Origin: Candidatus Latescibacterota bacterium | Lineage (GTDB): Bacteria; Latescibacterota; UBA2968; UBA8231 | Assembly: GCA_965203175.1 (NCBI GenBank) | Contig: OZ241867.1 | Span: 4,384,001-4,448,000 of the forward strand | Reading direction: 5' to 3' | DNA: 64,000 nucleotides | In this document: positions 45,955 through 55,793 of the stretch, piece by piece | How positions within the stretch are numbered: the first letter of the stretch is position 1 | Layout of the letters: every line of letters starts with the position of its first letter | The notes under the pieces: model-generated | What the model was told of the DNA's origin: nothing | The model's input: the letters and a program-made list of their open reading frames with translations, nothing else | The model's database searches: none | Translations under genes and position numbers: made by a program

Positions 45955-48357
45955 ATGTTATACAGAGTTCGCCAATACTTTCTGCTAGCCCTCATCGGCC
46001 TCGCCGGTAGCGTCTGGGCGCAAACTGATCCACTGCATACGCTCAGCGGCTATGTCGAAGATGCCGCCAGCGGCGAGAAGCTGATCGGTGCTGTCTTGTA
46101 CGAACCTACTCGGCAGAAGGGAGCCACGACCAACCGCTATGGCTTTTTCAGCCTGACCCTGCCGGAGGGGACGCTGCAGGTGGTCGTCTTCCACATCGGC
46201 TATCAGAGCGACACCCTCGCAACTCAGCTCGACCAAGACCTGCAGCTAACCATCGCCCTCCAGCCTACCCCCTTAGAAATGGGCACCGTACAAGTGGAGG
46301 CCGAGCGGCTCGATCCGATCCAAGAACAAAGCCAGATGAGCGTGGTGCAGGTGCCGATCCGGCAGATCAAAAATGCGCCCGTCCTCATGGGCGAAGTCGA
46401 TGTCCTCAAGACGCTGCAACTTTTGCCTGGGGTCCAGTCCGGGGCCGAGGGCATGAGCGGCCTGTACGTGCGCGGCGGCAGCCCAGATCAGAACCTGCTC
46501 CTGCTCGACGGTGCCCCGGTTTACAATGCCTCGCATCTGTTCGGATTCTTCTCGGTCTTCAATGCCAATGCCATCAAGAACGTGCAACTGACCAAAGCCG
46601 GATTTCCGGCGCGCTACGGCGGTCGCCTCTCGTCGGTGCTGGAAGTCGATATGAAAGACGGCAATATGAAGACCTTTGAAGGCGAAGGCTCCGTCGGCTT
46701 GATCGCTTCCCAGCTAACCTTGCAAGGGCCGCTGCGCAAAGACCGGACCTCGTTTATTGTCTCGGCCCGACGCACCTACATCGACCTGCTGATCCGCCCC
46801 TTCCTCCCCAGCGACGAAAAAGGTGGCTACTACTTCTACGACCTCAATGCCAAACTCAACCACATCTTCTCGCCCGACAGCCGGGTCTTCCTGAGCCTGT
46901 ACAGCGGAGACGACCGCTTTTGGAGCGATATAGAAGACGAGTACACTGGGGTCAACTACCGAGAGAAAGACGCCATCGCGGCGAATTTTGGCTGGGGAAA
47001 TATCACCTCCACCCTGCGCTGGAACTACTTGTTCAGCAGCCAACTCTTCGGCAACCTGACCGCGATCTACAGCCGCTACCAACTCTCCACCGCTGTTGAC
47101 AACCGTTCCACTAAAACTCTGAACGGAAACCGGGAGACCGAGACCTTGCGGCTGCGCTATCGGTCGGGGATCCGGGACTGGGGCGTAAAGCTGGACTTCG
47201 ACTACATTCCCAACCCAGCTCACTACATCCGCTTTGGAGGCAGCGGCACCTTGCACACCTACAGCCCCGGAGCAGCACAGATCAAAAGCAATCCGGCCGA
47301 TGGAGCCCCCGAGGATACCACCCTTGCAGCCCAGATCACCGATGGGCTAGAGTACAGCCTGTACGGCGAGGACGATGTTCATCTTACCGACCGCCTGAAG
47401 GCCAATGTGGGCCTGCACACCTCTGGCTTCCTCGTCAACGACCAGTTTTACACCTCCTTGCAGCCTCGGATTTCAATGCGCTACCTGCTACCATCAGACT
47501 GGGCAGTGAAAGCCTCTTATGCCCTGATGCGCCAGTACATTCACCTGCTCTCCAATAGCACCGTCGGCTTGCCAACTGACCTGTGGCTGCCGGCCACCGA
47601 GCGGGTGCGCCCCCAGCAGTCGCGGCAGTTCGGCGTGGGACTGGCGCGTCAGCTCAAAGATCAGTACGAGTTTAGTCTGGAGGGGTACTACAAGACCATG
47701 ACCAACCTAATCGAGTATCGGGAAGGTGCCAGTTTTCTGGTTGGCTTTGGCGAGAGCGAAGACTGGCAGGACAAGGTGGAGATAGGGCGCGGGTGGTCGT
47801 ATGGTGCCGAGCTGTTCGTACAGAAAAAGCGCGGGCGCACCACCGGCTGGATCGGCTATACTCTGTCTTGGACCAAGCGGCGTTTCGAGGGGCTGAATCA
47901 GGGGCGCACCTTCCCCTATCGCTACGACCGCCGGCACGATGCCGCGTTGGTCCTGACCCGTCAACTGACGCGCTCAACCAGCTTTTCCCTGACTTGGGTG
48001 TACGGCACCGGCAATGCCGCAACCCTTCCCGTCGCCCGCTATTACAACGACGACGCGGTCAGGGGTGGCACACCTCGCCCGTACTACCTGCCTTATGAAA
48101 CCGTGGTCTATGGCGATCGCAACGGCTATCGCATGTCCGCCTTTCATCACCTCGACTTCAGCTTCAACTTCGGCCAGGCCGAAAGCGCAGGGCACGGATT
48201 CAGCTTCGGGGTTTACAACGCCTATAATCGCAAGAATCCCTTTTTTATCTACTTTGACGACCATTACGACAGCGCCGCCAACGCCAGAAAATTCCGCGCT
48301 AAGCAGGTGAGCCTTTTCCCTTTTCTCCCTTGGATCAACTACCGGTTCAAGTTTTGA
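45955..48357 (+). CDS. TonB-dependent receptor with a carboxypeptidase-regulatory-like N-terminal domain
   Basis: LSGYVEDAASGEKLIGA..TTNRYGFFSL, GEVDVLKTLQLLPGV, LYVRGGSPDQN and PARYGGRLSSV motifs; C-terminal YRFKF. Confidence 0.93.
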   Translation: MLYRVRQYFLLALIGLAGSVWAQTDPLHTLSGYVEDAASGEKLIGAVLYEPTRQKGATTNRYGFFSLTLPEGTLQVVVFHIGYQSDTLATQLDQDLQLTIALQPTPLEMGTVQVEAERLDPIQEQSQMSVVQVPIRQIKNAPVLMGEVDVLKTLQLLPGVQSGAEGMSGLYVRGGSPDQNLLLLDGAPVYNASHLFGFFSVFNANAIKNVQLTKAGFPARYGGRLSSVLEVDMKDGNMKTFEGEGSVGLIASQLTLQGPLRKDRTSFIVSARRTYIDLLIRPFLPSDEKGGYYFYDLNAKLNHIFSPDSRVFLSLYSGDDRFWSDIEDEYTGVNYREKDAIAANFGWGNITSTLRWNYLFSSQLFGNLTAIYSRYQLSTAVDNRSTKTLNGNRETETLRLRYRSGIRDWGVKLDFDYIPNPAHYIRFGGSGTLHTYSPGAAQIKSNPADGAPEDTTLAAQITDGLEYSLYGEDDVHLTDRLKANVGLHTSGFLVNDQFYTSLQPRISMRYLLPSDWAVKASYALMRQYIHLLSNSTVGLPTDLWLPATERVRPQQSRQFGVGLARQLKDQYEFSLEGYYKTMTNLIEYREGASFLVGFGESEDWQDKVEIGRGWSYGAELFVQKKRGRTTGWIGYTLSWTKRRFEGLNQGRTFPYRYDRRHDAALVLTRQLTRSTSFSLTWVYGTGNAATLPVARYYNDDAVRGGTPRPYYLPYETVVYGDRNGYRMSAFHHLDFSFNFGQAESAGHGFSFGVYNAYNRKNPFFIYFDDHYDSAANARKFRAKQVSLFPFLPWINYRFKF

Positions 48358-48374
48358 AAATCACGGCTCTCGAT

Positions 48375-49328
48375 ATGAAATCCGTCCTCCGCTGCCTTCC
48401 TCTTCTCATCGTCCTGTCCTCCTGCGAACAGGTCATTGAGCCCGACCTGCCGGAGCACAGCCCTCGGCTGGTGCTGCACGCCTTCTTCACCGCCGACGGC
48501 ATCTGGACCGCCTATGTGGGGCGCTCTGCGGGGATTCTCGAGTCCCGGCCCCTCCATGAAAGGTCGGTGGCGGATGCCTCGGTGGAGCTGCTGGCGGGAG
48601 ACCGGGTCATTGAGGAGATGAAGTTCCTCGATGCAGCAAGGGGGTACGTGTTTGAAGACAGCACCTTGGAAGCAGGCGAAACCTACTCCTTGCAGGTGTC
48701 GGCCCCCGAGTTCGCAATGATTAAGGCAACCGACGCCATACCCAAGCCCGTGCCGACCTCCATTCTGTCCTACCGCACTAATACGTCCGCCCGCTCTGAG
48801 TCGGAGATCCGCGGCGAATTCTCGATCAAGCTGGAAATTCAAGACCCTCCCGGCGAGGCCAACTACTACCAGATCAGCATGTACCAGGTTTTCACAGGGA
48901 GAGGGGCATCGAGGTACGAAGGAATCTTATCGACAAAGGACCCTTCGATCATGGCGGACAACAGCGTTGACGAGTCTCCGTTGGAAGAGCAATCGTTCTC
49001 AGGTGAAGCGCCCTATTTCAAGGACACCCTTTTCGACGGCCGCACCCACGAGATCGAGCTGACTTACGACGGCGTATTGATACTCCGCGAGGATATTGCT
49101 CAGGAGGAGGTCGCCGAAGACGGCCAAGAGCCTGCCGAGTACAAAACCTACCTCCAGGTTTTGTACATCAGCGCGGCGTACTACGAGTATCTCAAGACCG
49201 CCCGACTCCACGACTACACCCGGGAAAATCCTTTTGCCGAGCCGTTGAGCGTCTATAGCAACGTTGAGAACGGCTACGGCATCTTCGCTGGGTACAGCTC
49301 GCAGACCTTTGAACTCGTGCTCGAATGA
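48375..49328 (+). CDS. DUF4249 family lipoprotein
   Basis: Lipobox LSSC; IQDPPGEANYY, DTLFDG and FAEP..VYSNVENGYGIFAG motifs; usual partner of this receptor type. Confidence 0.85.
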   Translation: MKSVLRCLPLLIVLSSCEQVIEPDLPEHSPRLVLHAFFTADGIWTAYVGRSAGILESRPLHERSVADASVELLAGDRVIEEMKFLDAARGYVFEDSTLEAGETYSLQVSAPEFAMIKATDAIPKPVPTSILSYRTNTSARSESEIRGEFSIKLEIQDPPGEANYYQISMYQVFTGRGASRYEGILSTKDPSIMADNSVDESPLEEQSFSGEAPYFKDTLFDGRTHEIELTYDGVLILREDIAQEEVAEDGQEPAEYKTYLQVLYISAAYYEYLKTARLHDYTRENPFAEPLSVYSNVENGYGIFAGYSSQTFELVLE

Positions 49329-49369
49329 GCGCGAGGGCAGAGCCGCTGCGGTTGGTCCCTGTATCCGCT

Positions 49370-49436
49370 GACAAGCGACCATAGACTTTAGCTGCCACTG
49401 AATTGACGCTAGGAGGGACGGCGGCTATATTGCGCG
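49370..49436 (+). repeat. Direct repeat B, copy 2 (contains promoter TTGACG-N17-TATATT at 49403-49431)
   Basis: Near-copy of 45820-45887, located upstream of the isomerase operon. Confidence 0.9.
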
Positions 49437-49462
49437 GGGTTCAGCAAGACACAGGAGACCAC

Positions 49463-50227
49463 ATGCCTACTTCAGCAATTGGCGCGCAACTGTTCACGGT
49501 GCGCGATTATACCAAAACCCCGGATGACATTCGCCAGACCTTCGCTAGGGTGCGAACACTCGGCTACGAGGCCGTGCAAGCCTCGGCCCTCGGGGCGATC
49601 TCGCCGGCCGAACTGGCCGCGATAAGCGAGGCCGAGGGGATACAGATCGCGGCCACGCACACCAACTATCAGCGCATCTGCGACGAGCCGCAGGCCGTCG
49701 TCGAGGAGCACCAGATGTGGGGGTGCCGCCACGTGGCCATCGGTGGCTTGCCCCAGGAATATCGCAACCGCGAGGGCTTTGCCCGCTTTGCAGCAGAGGC
49801 TTCGGCGGCGGCGCGTCCGCTCATCGACGCGGGCCTGACCTTTAGCTACCACAACCACAGCTTTGAGTTGGAGCGCTTTGAGGGGCGCACGGGGTTGGAC
49901 ATCCTCCGCGAGGAGAGCGACCCCGCCGTCTTTTCCTTTGAAATAGACACCTATTGGATCCAACACGGCGGCGGCAACCCGGTCTCGTGGTTGGACAAGT
50001 TCCGCGACCGCATGCACATCGTCCATCTAAAAGACCTGAGCATGGACGGCGCTAAGCAATGCTTCGCCGAAGTAGGGGAGGGCAACTTGGAATGGGAGCC
50101 TATTCTCGCGGCCTGTAAAAGAGCACAGATCGAATGGTACTTGGTCGAACAAGACACCTGCCCGGGCGACCCCTTTGACAGCTTGGGGCTGAGCCTGCGC
50201 AACCTGCGGGCCATGGGCTTGGACTAG
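49463..50227 (+). CDS. Sugar phosphate isomerase/epimerase (xylose-isomerase-like TIM barrel)
   Basis: GAQLFTVRD, YHNHSFE, EIDTYW, HLKD, EVGEG and VEQD motifs; start ATG 49463 with SD AGGAG. Confidence 0.9.
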   Translation: MPTSAIGAQLFTVRDYTKTPDDIRQTFARVRTLGYEAVQASALGAISPAELAAISEAEGIQIAATHTNYQRICDEPQAVVEEHQMWGCRHVAIGGLPQEYRNREGFARFAAEASAAARPLIDAGLTFSYHNHSFELERFEGRTGLDILREESDPAVFSFEIDTYWIQHGGGNPVSWLDKFRDRMHIVHLKDLSMDGAKQCFAEVGEGNLEWEPILAACKRAQIEWYLVEQDTCPGDPFDSLGLSLRNLRAMGLD

Positions 50228-50237
50228 GAGGAAAATC

Positions 50238-51419
50238 ATGCAGGAAATTTTCGTCCCGTGGGCCGCTTGGTACGGCAAGGCCCCGTTCAAAATGGAATTT
50301 CCCGATCACTGGGAAGTGGCAGTTCACCACATGCGCGGCGGGCCGGACATTGGCGACGCTGGCATTCGCCAGGCATTGCAAGAGACTATCGGCGCTCCGC
50401 CGCTGCGCGAATTCGCCCGCGGCCGGTCTTCGGCGGCTATCTTGATCGACGACCTCTCGCGCCCGACGCCGGCTTTTCGGCTCTTGCCCTATGTACTCGA
50501 GGAGCTAGCTGCGGCCGGGATTGGAGCCGACGACGTAAAGATCATCTGCGCGCTGGCGGCCCATCGCCCGATGACCCGCGACGACTTGGTCAAGAAGGTC
50601 GGGTTGGACATCGTCGATACCATGCAGGTGCTCAACCACAATGCCTACGAGAACTTGGAATTTATCGGCTACTCCAGTCGCGGGATACCGATTTGGGTCA
50701 ACCGCGATATGACCTCCTGCGAGGTGCGCATCGCCTTGGGGATGATCACGCCGCGCGGGGGGATGTTTGGCGGCGGAGCCAAATTGCTCATCCCCGGTGC
50801 TTGTGGACAGCAGACGATCCTGCTCAACCACCGCCACGTACACGAAAATTTTCGCGCACACCTGTCCGAGGTGGCGAAGATGGCTGGGGTCACGTATATC
50901 GTCAATCCGCTGCTCAACGAGAACTTGGAGATCTCGGGGTTAGTCGCTGGGGACACAGACGCGGCCTTTGCGCGGGGCTGTGAGTTGGGGCGGGAACAGT
51001 ACGCTACCCAAGTGCCGGACGCCTTCGACATCGGGGTGTTCAGCGCCTTCCCCAAGGATACGGAACTGTGCCAAGCTGGGTTGGCCATGACGCCGTTGAG
51101 CGGCACTAAGAAAAATCCTTTCAACGAAAACTCGACCACTGTCATGTGCTCGGCTAGCCCGGAGGGGCTGGGTTGGCACTCGGTATTGGGTCCGGGTACC
51201 GCGCTGCGGGGCAAGCCCAGCCCGCCCGCCCGGCGCACCATTTTATTTTCGCCTGGAATCAACAAGTGGGATGCAGCCTCGCTCTTTGGCAAGGGGGTTA
51301 TTTTTTGCAAAACCTGGGAGGCCGTATTGAGCGAGTTAGAAAAATACCACGGAACTGACGCAAAAGTGTCGGTCTTTCCGGCTGGCGCGCTGCAACGGGC
51401 AGCCGACGCCGAGTATTAA
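50238..51419 (+). CDS. LarA-like (lactate racemase/DUF2088) protein
   Basis: IDDLSRPTP, AAHR, NHN, GGGAKLLIPG and LNH motifs. Confidence 0.8.
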   Translation: MQEIFVPWAAWYGKAPFKMEFPDHWEVAVHHMRGGPDIGDAGIRQALQETIGAPPLREFARGRSSAAILIDDLSRPTPAFRLLPYVLEELAAAGIGADDVKIICALAAHRPMTRDDLVKKVGLDIVDTMQVLNHNAYENLEFIGYSSRGIPIWVNRDMTSCEVRIALGMITPRGGMFGGGAKLLIPGACGQQTILLNHRHVHENFRAHLSEVAKMAGVTYIVNPLLNENLEISGLVAGDTDAAFARGCELGREQYATQVPDAFDIGVFSAFPKDTELCQAGLAMTPLSGTKKNPFNENSTTVMCSASPEGLGWHSVLGPGTALRGKPSPPARRTILFSPGINKWDAASLFGKGVIFCKTWEAVLSELEKYHGTDAKVSVFPAGALQRAADAEY

Positions 51420-51431
51420 AGAGGAAAAAAA

Positions 51432-52208
51432 ATGCCACCGCTAGCGCGTTTTGGTTTAGAGGGCAAAGTCGTCATTGTCACGGGGGCTGGCCGGGGAATT
51501 GGCCGGACGATTGCTTTAGAATGCGCCCAGTCGGGCGCGCACATCGCCGCTGGTAGCCGCACTACGGCTGAGTTGGAAACGCTGGCCGCGGAGATTGAAG
51601 CCGCTGGCGGGACGTGCTTCTACCATAAGCTCGACGTGACGGATGTAAGCTCCATCGAGCGTTTTATAGCCGCGGTCGTCGCGCACTTTGGGCGGATTGA
51701 CGTGCTGGTCAACAACGCTGGCTACAACAAGGTCGGCAAAATCCTCGACTACGACGAAGAGCTCTACGACCTAATCGTCGATGCCAATCTGAAGAATGTG
51801 TTTTTCTGTAGCCAGATCGCCGCGCGGCAGATGATCGCTCAAGGGGAGGGGGGCAATATCATCAATATCTCGTCCCAAGCAGGCGTGGTCGGCGCGCCGG
51901 AGCGCGGTCCTTATTCGGGTGCCAAGGGAGGCGTCAATAATCTGACGAGGACCATGGCCGCGGAATGGGCCGAGTACCAGATACGGGTCAACGCGGTTGC
52001 TCCAACCGTGACCCGCTCGCCGCTGGCCGAAACCGCGATGCGGGAAAGTCAGGCCTTCGCCGATGCGGTGAAAACCAAAAACCTGCTGCGCGGTGCCCTG
52101 GCCGAGCCGGAGGAAATGTCGGCACCGGTGATCTTTTTGGCGTCGGATGCCGCGTCGATGATCACCGGTCACACGCTCGTGGTGGATGGGGGATGGACCA
52201 TCGTCTAG
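51432..52208 (+). CDS. SDR family oxidoreductase
   Basis: TGAGRGIG, NNAG, YSGAK, RVNAVAP and VDGG motifs. Confidence 0.93.
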   Translation: MPPLARFGLEGKVVIVTGAGRGIGRTIALECAQSGAHIAAGSRTTAELETLAAEIEAAGGTCFYHKLDVTDVSSIERFIAAVVAHFGRIDVLVNNAGYNKVGKILDYDEELYDLIVDANLKNVFFCSQIAARQMIAQGEGGNIINISSQAGVVGAPERGPYSGAKGGVNNLTRTMAAEWAEYQIRVNAVAPTVTRSPLAETAMRESQAFADAVKTKNLLRGALAEPEEMSAPVIFLASDAASMITGHTLVVDGGWTIV

Positions 52209-52224
52209 CAATCGCGTTGCTTAG

Positions 52225-55200
52225 ATGATGCAGACATCAGTCGCCGTTTTGGTTGGGCTGGCGTTGTCGGCCCCTGCGGTTGCCGAGCCGTTGGTGGAGG
52301 GGCGGGTGCGTCTTGCTTCGGGCCAAACGGCAGCAGCGGCACAGGTGCTGTTGTTCGATCTGACCGATTTGCGGCGTGGACCGGTCGCGCGGGCGACGAC
52401 CGATGCAGAGGGCTATTTCGCGCTGGCGTCGTTGGGCGGCCCTGCGCTGCCGCAGGGGTTTGCACTAGGGCAGAATTATCCGAATCCGTTCAATCCTTCG
52501 ACGATTATTCCGTATCAATTGCCGACTGTTGCTCAGGTGCGGCTGGAGGTGTTCAATGTGCTGGGGCAGCGAGTTGCGACACTGGTGAATGAGGAGCGGC
52601 CGGCGGGTTTTCACGCCGTGGCTTGGGACGCGACGAATGCGGCTGGTCAGGCGGTGGCCGCTGGGGTGTATCTGTACCGGCTGACAGCGGGTAGGGAGCA
52701 GCGCACGCGGCGGATGGTGCTCATTGATGGGCAGGCTGGGGTGGCGGCTGACGCGGCTCCAGCGGCGACGCTCGCAACGGCCGCGGCGGATCGGAAGTAT
52801 GGTCTCGCCGTGGTGGGTGCGGGCTTGGCGACGTACGTAGATGCGGATTTTCGCGTGGGGACGGTGCCGATGGAGATCGTGGTGGCAACGCTGGATAGTG
52901 CGCCGCGGGCGAAGGGGCTGACCGGCGGCATTTTGGGCGATGTCAACGATGACGGCCAAGTTGATCTGGCCGACGCACTGGCCGTGGCCTTGTACATTAT
53001 CGATTCGTCCATCACGCCGCCGAACAACGGCGATATCAGTCTGGGCGATGTCAATGCGGACGGCGAGCTTACGACGGCCGACGTGCTGCTGCTTGCGGCG
53101 TATAGTGCCAATCCGTCTGATCCATCGCTACCGGGGGGGATTGGGCAGGCGGTGGGTGGCGGGAACTTGGCAGCCGGGGCCTTACGCCGCTTGACCGACG
53201 ACCCGGCATACCACGGCTTGCCCTCATTTTCGCCCGATGGTCGCCACATTGCCTTTGTGTCCGAGCGCGACGATAACGACGATATTTACGTGATGGGTTT
53301 TGATGGCAGCAACCCGACCCGCTTGACCGACGACCCGGCCGCCGACTTTTCTCCCTCATTTTCGCCCGATGGTCGCCACATTGCCTTCATATCCGACCGC
53401 GACGACAATCGAGAGGTTTACGTGATGGATTCGGATGGCAGCAATCTGCGTCGGCTGACCGACCACCCAGCCGACGACTGGCGACCCTCTTGGTCGCCCG
53501 ATGGTCGCCGCATCGCCTTCACGTCCGACCGCGACGACAATTGGGATATTTACATGATGGATTCGGATGGCAGCAACCTGCTCCGACTAACCGACCACCC
53601 AGCCAGCGACAGGTCTCCCTCGTTTTCGCCCGATGATCGCCACATCGCCTTTGAGTCCGAGCGCGACGGCAACTATGAGCTTTACGTAATGGATTCGGAT
53701 GGGAACAACCTGCGCCGCCTGACCGACGACCCGGCCGATGACTTTTCTCCCTCATTTTCGCCTGATGGTCGCCACATCACCTTTGTATCCGAGCGCGATG
53801 GCAATCGGGAGATTTACGTGATGGGTTCCGATGGGAACAACCCACGCCGCCTGACCCACCACACGGCATGGGACGGCTCTCCCTCCTTTTCGCCCGATGG
53901 CCGCTACATCGTTTTTGATTCTGGCCGCGACCGCAAAATTTCGCTTTACGCGCTGGAGCTTCGGGAGGAAGGCGGCGAGATTGCTTCTACCGATGGCTTG
54001 GATGTCGCCGATTATACAACGTGGCATTTGCCGGAGGGGGTCCTTGCCCGCTTGGGCAAAGGAACGGTTGATGCGGTGGCGTTCTCGCCCGATGGGCAAG
54101 TGCTAGCGGTGGCTGGTAGCATCGGTATATGGCTGTACGATGTGGCGACCTACCGTGAACTGGCGCTTCTCACCACCGAACATACGTCTGTGATCTCTTC
54201 CGTATCGTTTTCACCTGACGGCTCCATGCTGGCGTCCGGGGGCAACGACGTAGTCCTCTGGGACGTATCGAGTGGTAGTCAACTGGCCACCCTGAAAGGG
54301 CACAGTCCGGTGTCTTTTTCCCCGGACGGCTCCATGCTGGCGTCCGGGGGGGGATTCGACGTGATCCTTTGGGACGTATCAAGTCGCAGTCAACTAGCCA
54401 CCTTAGAAGGACATACGGCTTGGATTTCTTCGGTATCGTTTTCTGCGGACGGCTCCATGCTGGCGTCTGGGTCAGGGGATAACACGGTGATCCTGTGGGA
54501 TGTATGGAATGAGAGTCAGCTAGCCACTCTGCAAGGGCATAGGTCTGTGGTCGAATCCGTATCGTTTTCTGCGGACGGCTCCATGCTGGCGTCTGGGTCA
54601 AGGGATAACACGGTGATCCTGTGGGATGTATGGAATGAGAGTCAGCTAGCCATCTTGGAAGGACATAGCCGGCAGGTCGAATCCGTGTCTTTTTCCCCGG
54701 ACGGCTCCGTGCTGGCGTCCGGAGGAGGATCCGACCTAATCCTTTGGGATGTATCGAGTCGCAGTCAACTGGCCACCCTGCAAGGTGCGTCTGGGGTCAG
54801 ATCCGTGTCGTTCTCCCACGACGGCTTCATGCTGGCGTCTGGCGGCTGGGACAACGTAGTTCTTTGGGACGTGTCAAGTCGCATTCAACTGGCCACCCTG
54901 CAAGGGCATACGGTGGGGGTCAGGTCCGTGTCCTTTTCCCCTGACGGCTCTGTGTTGGCGTCCGCACGCTCGGGCAACATCGTTCTTTGGGACGTATCGA
55001 GCCGCAGTCGCCTGGCTACCCTGTACGGGGGCAGTCCGGTGTCTTTTTCCCCTGACGGCTCTGTGTTGGCGTCCAGAGGCTGGGGCAACGACATCTTCCT
55101 TTGGGACGTATCGAGTCGCAATCGGCTAGCCACTCTAGAAGGACATACGACTTGGATTTCTTCGCTGTCGTTTTCTGCGGACGGCTCCATGCTGGTGTCC

Positions 55201-55758
55201 GGAGGACGAGAAAGCGAGGTGATCCTTTGGGATGTATCGAGCGGTAGTCAGCTAGGCATCCTGCAAGGGCATACGGATAGAGTCTCTTCGGTGTCCTTTT
55301 CTCCGGCCGACTCCATAGTGGCATTCGGGAAAGTGGACGGCAAGGTGATCCTTTGGGACGTATCGAGTGGTAGTCCGCTAGCCACCCTACAAGGGCATAC
55401 GTCTTTGGTCGAATCGCTGTCTTTTTCTCCGGATGGCTCTGTGCTGGCGTCTGGAGGAGGATCCGACCTAATCCTTTGGGATGTATCGAGTCGCATTCAA
55501 CTGGCCACCCTGCAAGGTGCGTCTGGGGTTTCTTCCGTGTCGTTCTCCCATGACGGCTCCATGCTGGCGTCTGGAGACTGGATCAACGGCATAATTCTTT
55601 GGGATGTATCGAGTCGCAGTCAGCTAGCCACCCTGCAAGGGCATACGTGGGGGGTCCGATCCGTATCTTTTTCTGCGGACGGCTCCATGCTGGCATCCGG
55701 GGCAAGCGATGGCACGGTCCTGCTCTGGCAACTTGCTTCTATAGTTCCAAATCAGTAG
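52225..55758 (+). CDS. Secreted multidomain protein, paralog 1: FlgD/CTD-like Ig, dockerin, TolB/PD40 propeller, WD40 propellers
   Basis: Signal peptide; LGQNYPNPFNP..WDATN..GVY; paired GDVNxDG dockerin motifs; six SPDGRxIxF repeats; about 14 SFSPDGSxLAS..LWD repeats. Confidence 0.9.
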   Translation: MMQTSVAVLVGLALSAPAVAEPLVEGRVRLASGQTAAAAQVLLFDLTDLRRGPVARATTDAEGYFALASLGGPALPQGFALGQNYPNPFNPSTIIPYQLPTVAQVRLEVFNVLGQRVATLVNEERPAGFHAVAWDATNAAGQAVAAGVYLYRLTAGREQRTRRMVLIDGQAGVAADAAPAATLATAAADRKYGLAVVGAGLATYVDADFRVGTVPMEIVVATLDSAPRAKGLTGGILGDVNDDGQVDLADALAVALYIIDSSITPPNNGDISLGDVNADGELTTADVLLLAAYSANPSDPSLPGGIGQAVGGGNLAAGALRRLTDDPAYHGLPSFSPDGRHIAFVSERDDNDDIYVMGFDGSNPTRLTDDPAADFSPSFSPDGRHIAFISDRDDNREVYVMDSDGSNLRRLTDHPADDWRPSWSPDGRRIAFTSDRDDNWDIYMMDSDGSNLLRLTDHPASDRSPSFSPDDRHIAFESERDGNYELYVMDSDGNNLRRLTDDPADDFSPSFSPDGRHITFVSERDGNREIYVMGSDGNNPRRLTHHTAWDGSPSFSPDGRYIVFDSGRDRKISLYALELREEGGEIASTDGLDVADYTTWHLPEGVLARLGKGTVDAVAFSPDGQVLAVAGSIGIWLYDVATYRELALLTTEHTSVISSVSFSPDGSMLASGGNDVVLWDVSSGSQLATLKGHSPVSFSPDGSMLASGGGFDVILWDVSSRSQLATLEGHTAWISSVSFSADGSMLASGSGDNTVILWDVWNESQLATLQGHRSVVESVSFSADGSMLASGSRDNTVILWDVWNESQLAILEGHSRQVESVSFSPDGSVLASGGGSDLILWDVSSRSQLATLQGASGVRSVSFSHDGFMLASGGWDNVVLWDVSSRIQLATLQGHTVGVRSVSFSPDGSVLASARSGNIVLWDVSSRSRLATLYGGSPVSFSPDGSVLASRGWGNDIFLWDVSSRNRLATLEGHTTWISSLSFSADGSMLVSGGRESEVILWDVSSGSQLGILQGHTDRVSSVSFSPADSIVAFGKVDGKVILWDVSSGSPLATLQGHTSLVESLSFSPDGSVLASGGGSDLILWDVSSRIQLATLQGASGVSSVSFSHDGSMLASGDWINGIILWDVSSRSQLATLQGHTWGVRSVSFSADGSMLASGASDGTVLLWQLASIVPNQ

Positions 55759-55793
55759 AAAAGCTGGACCATTTTAGCAATCGCGTTGCTTAG

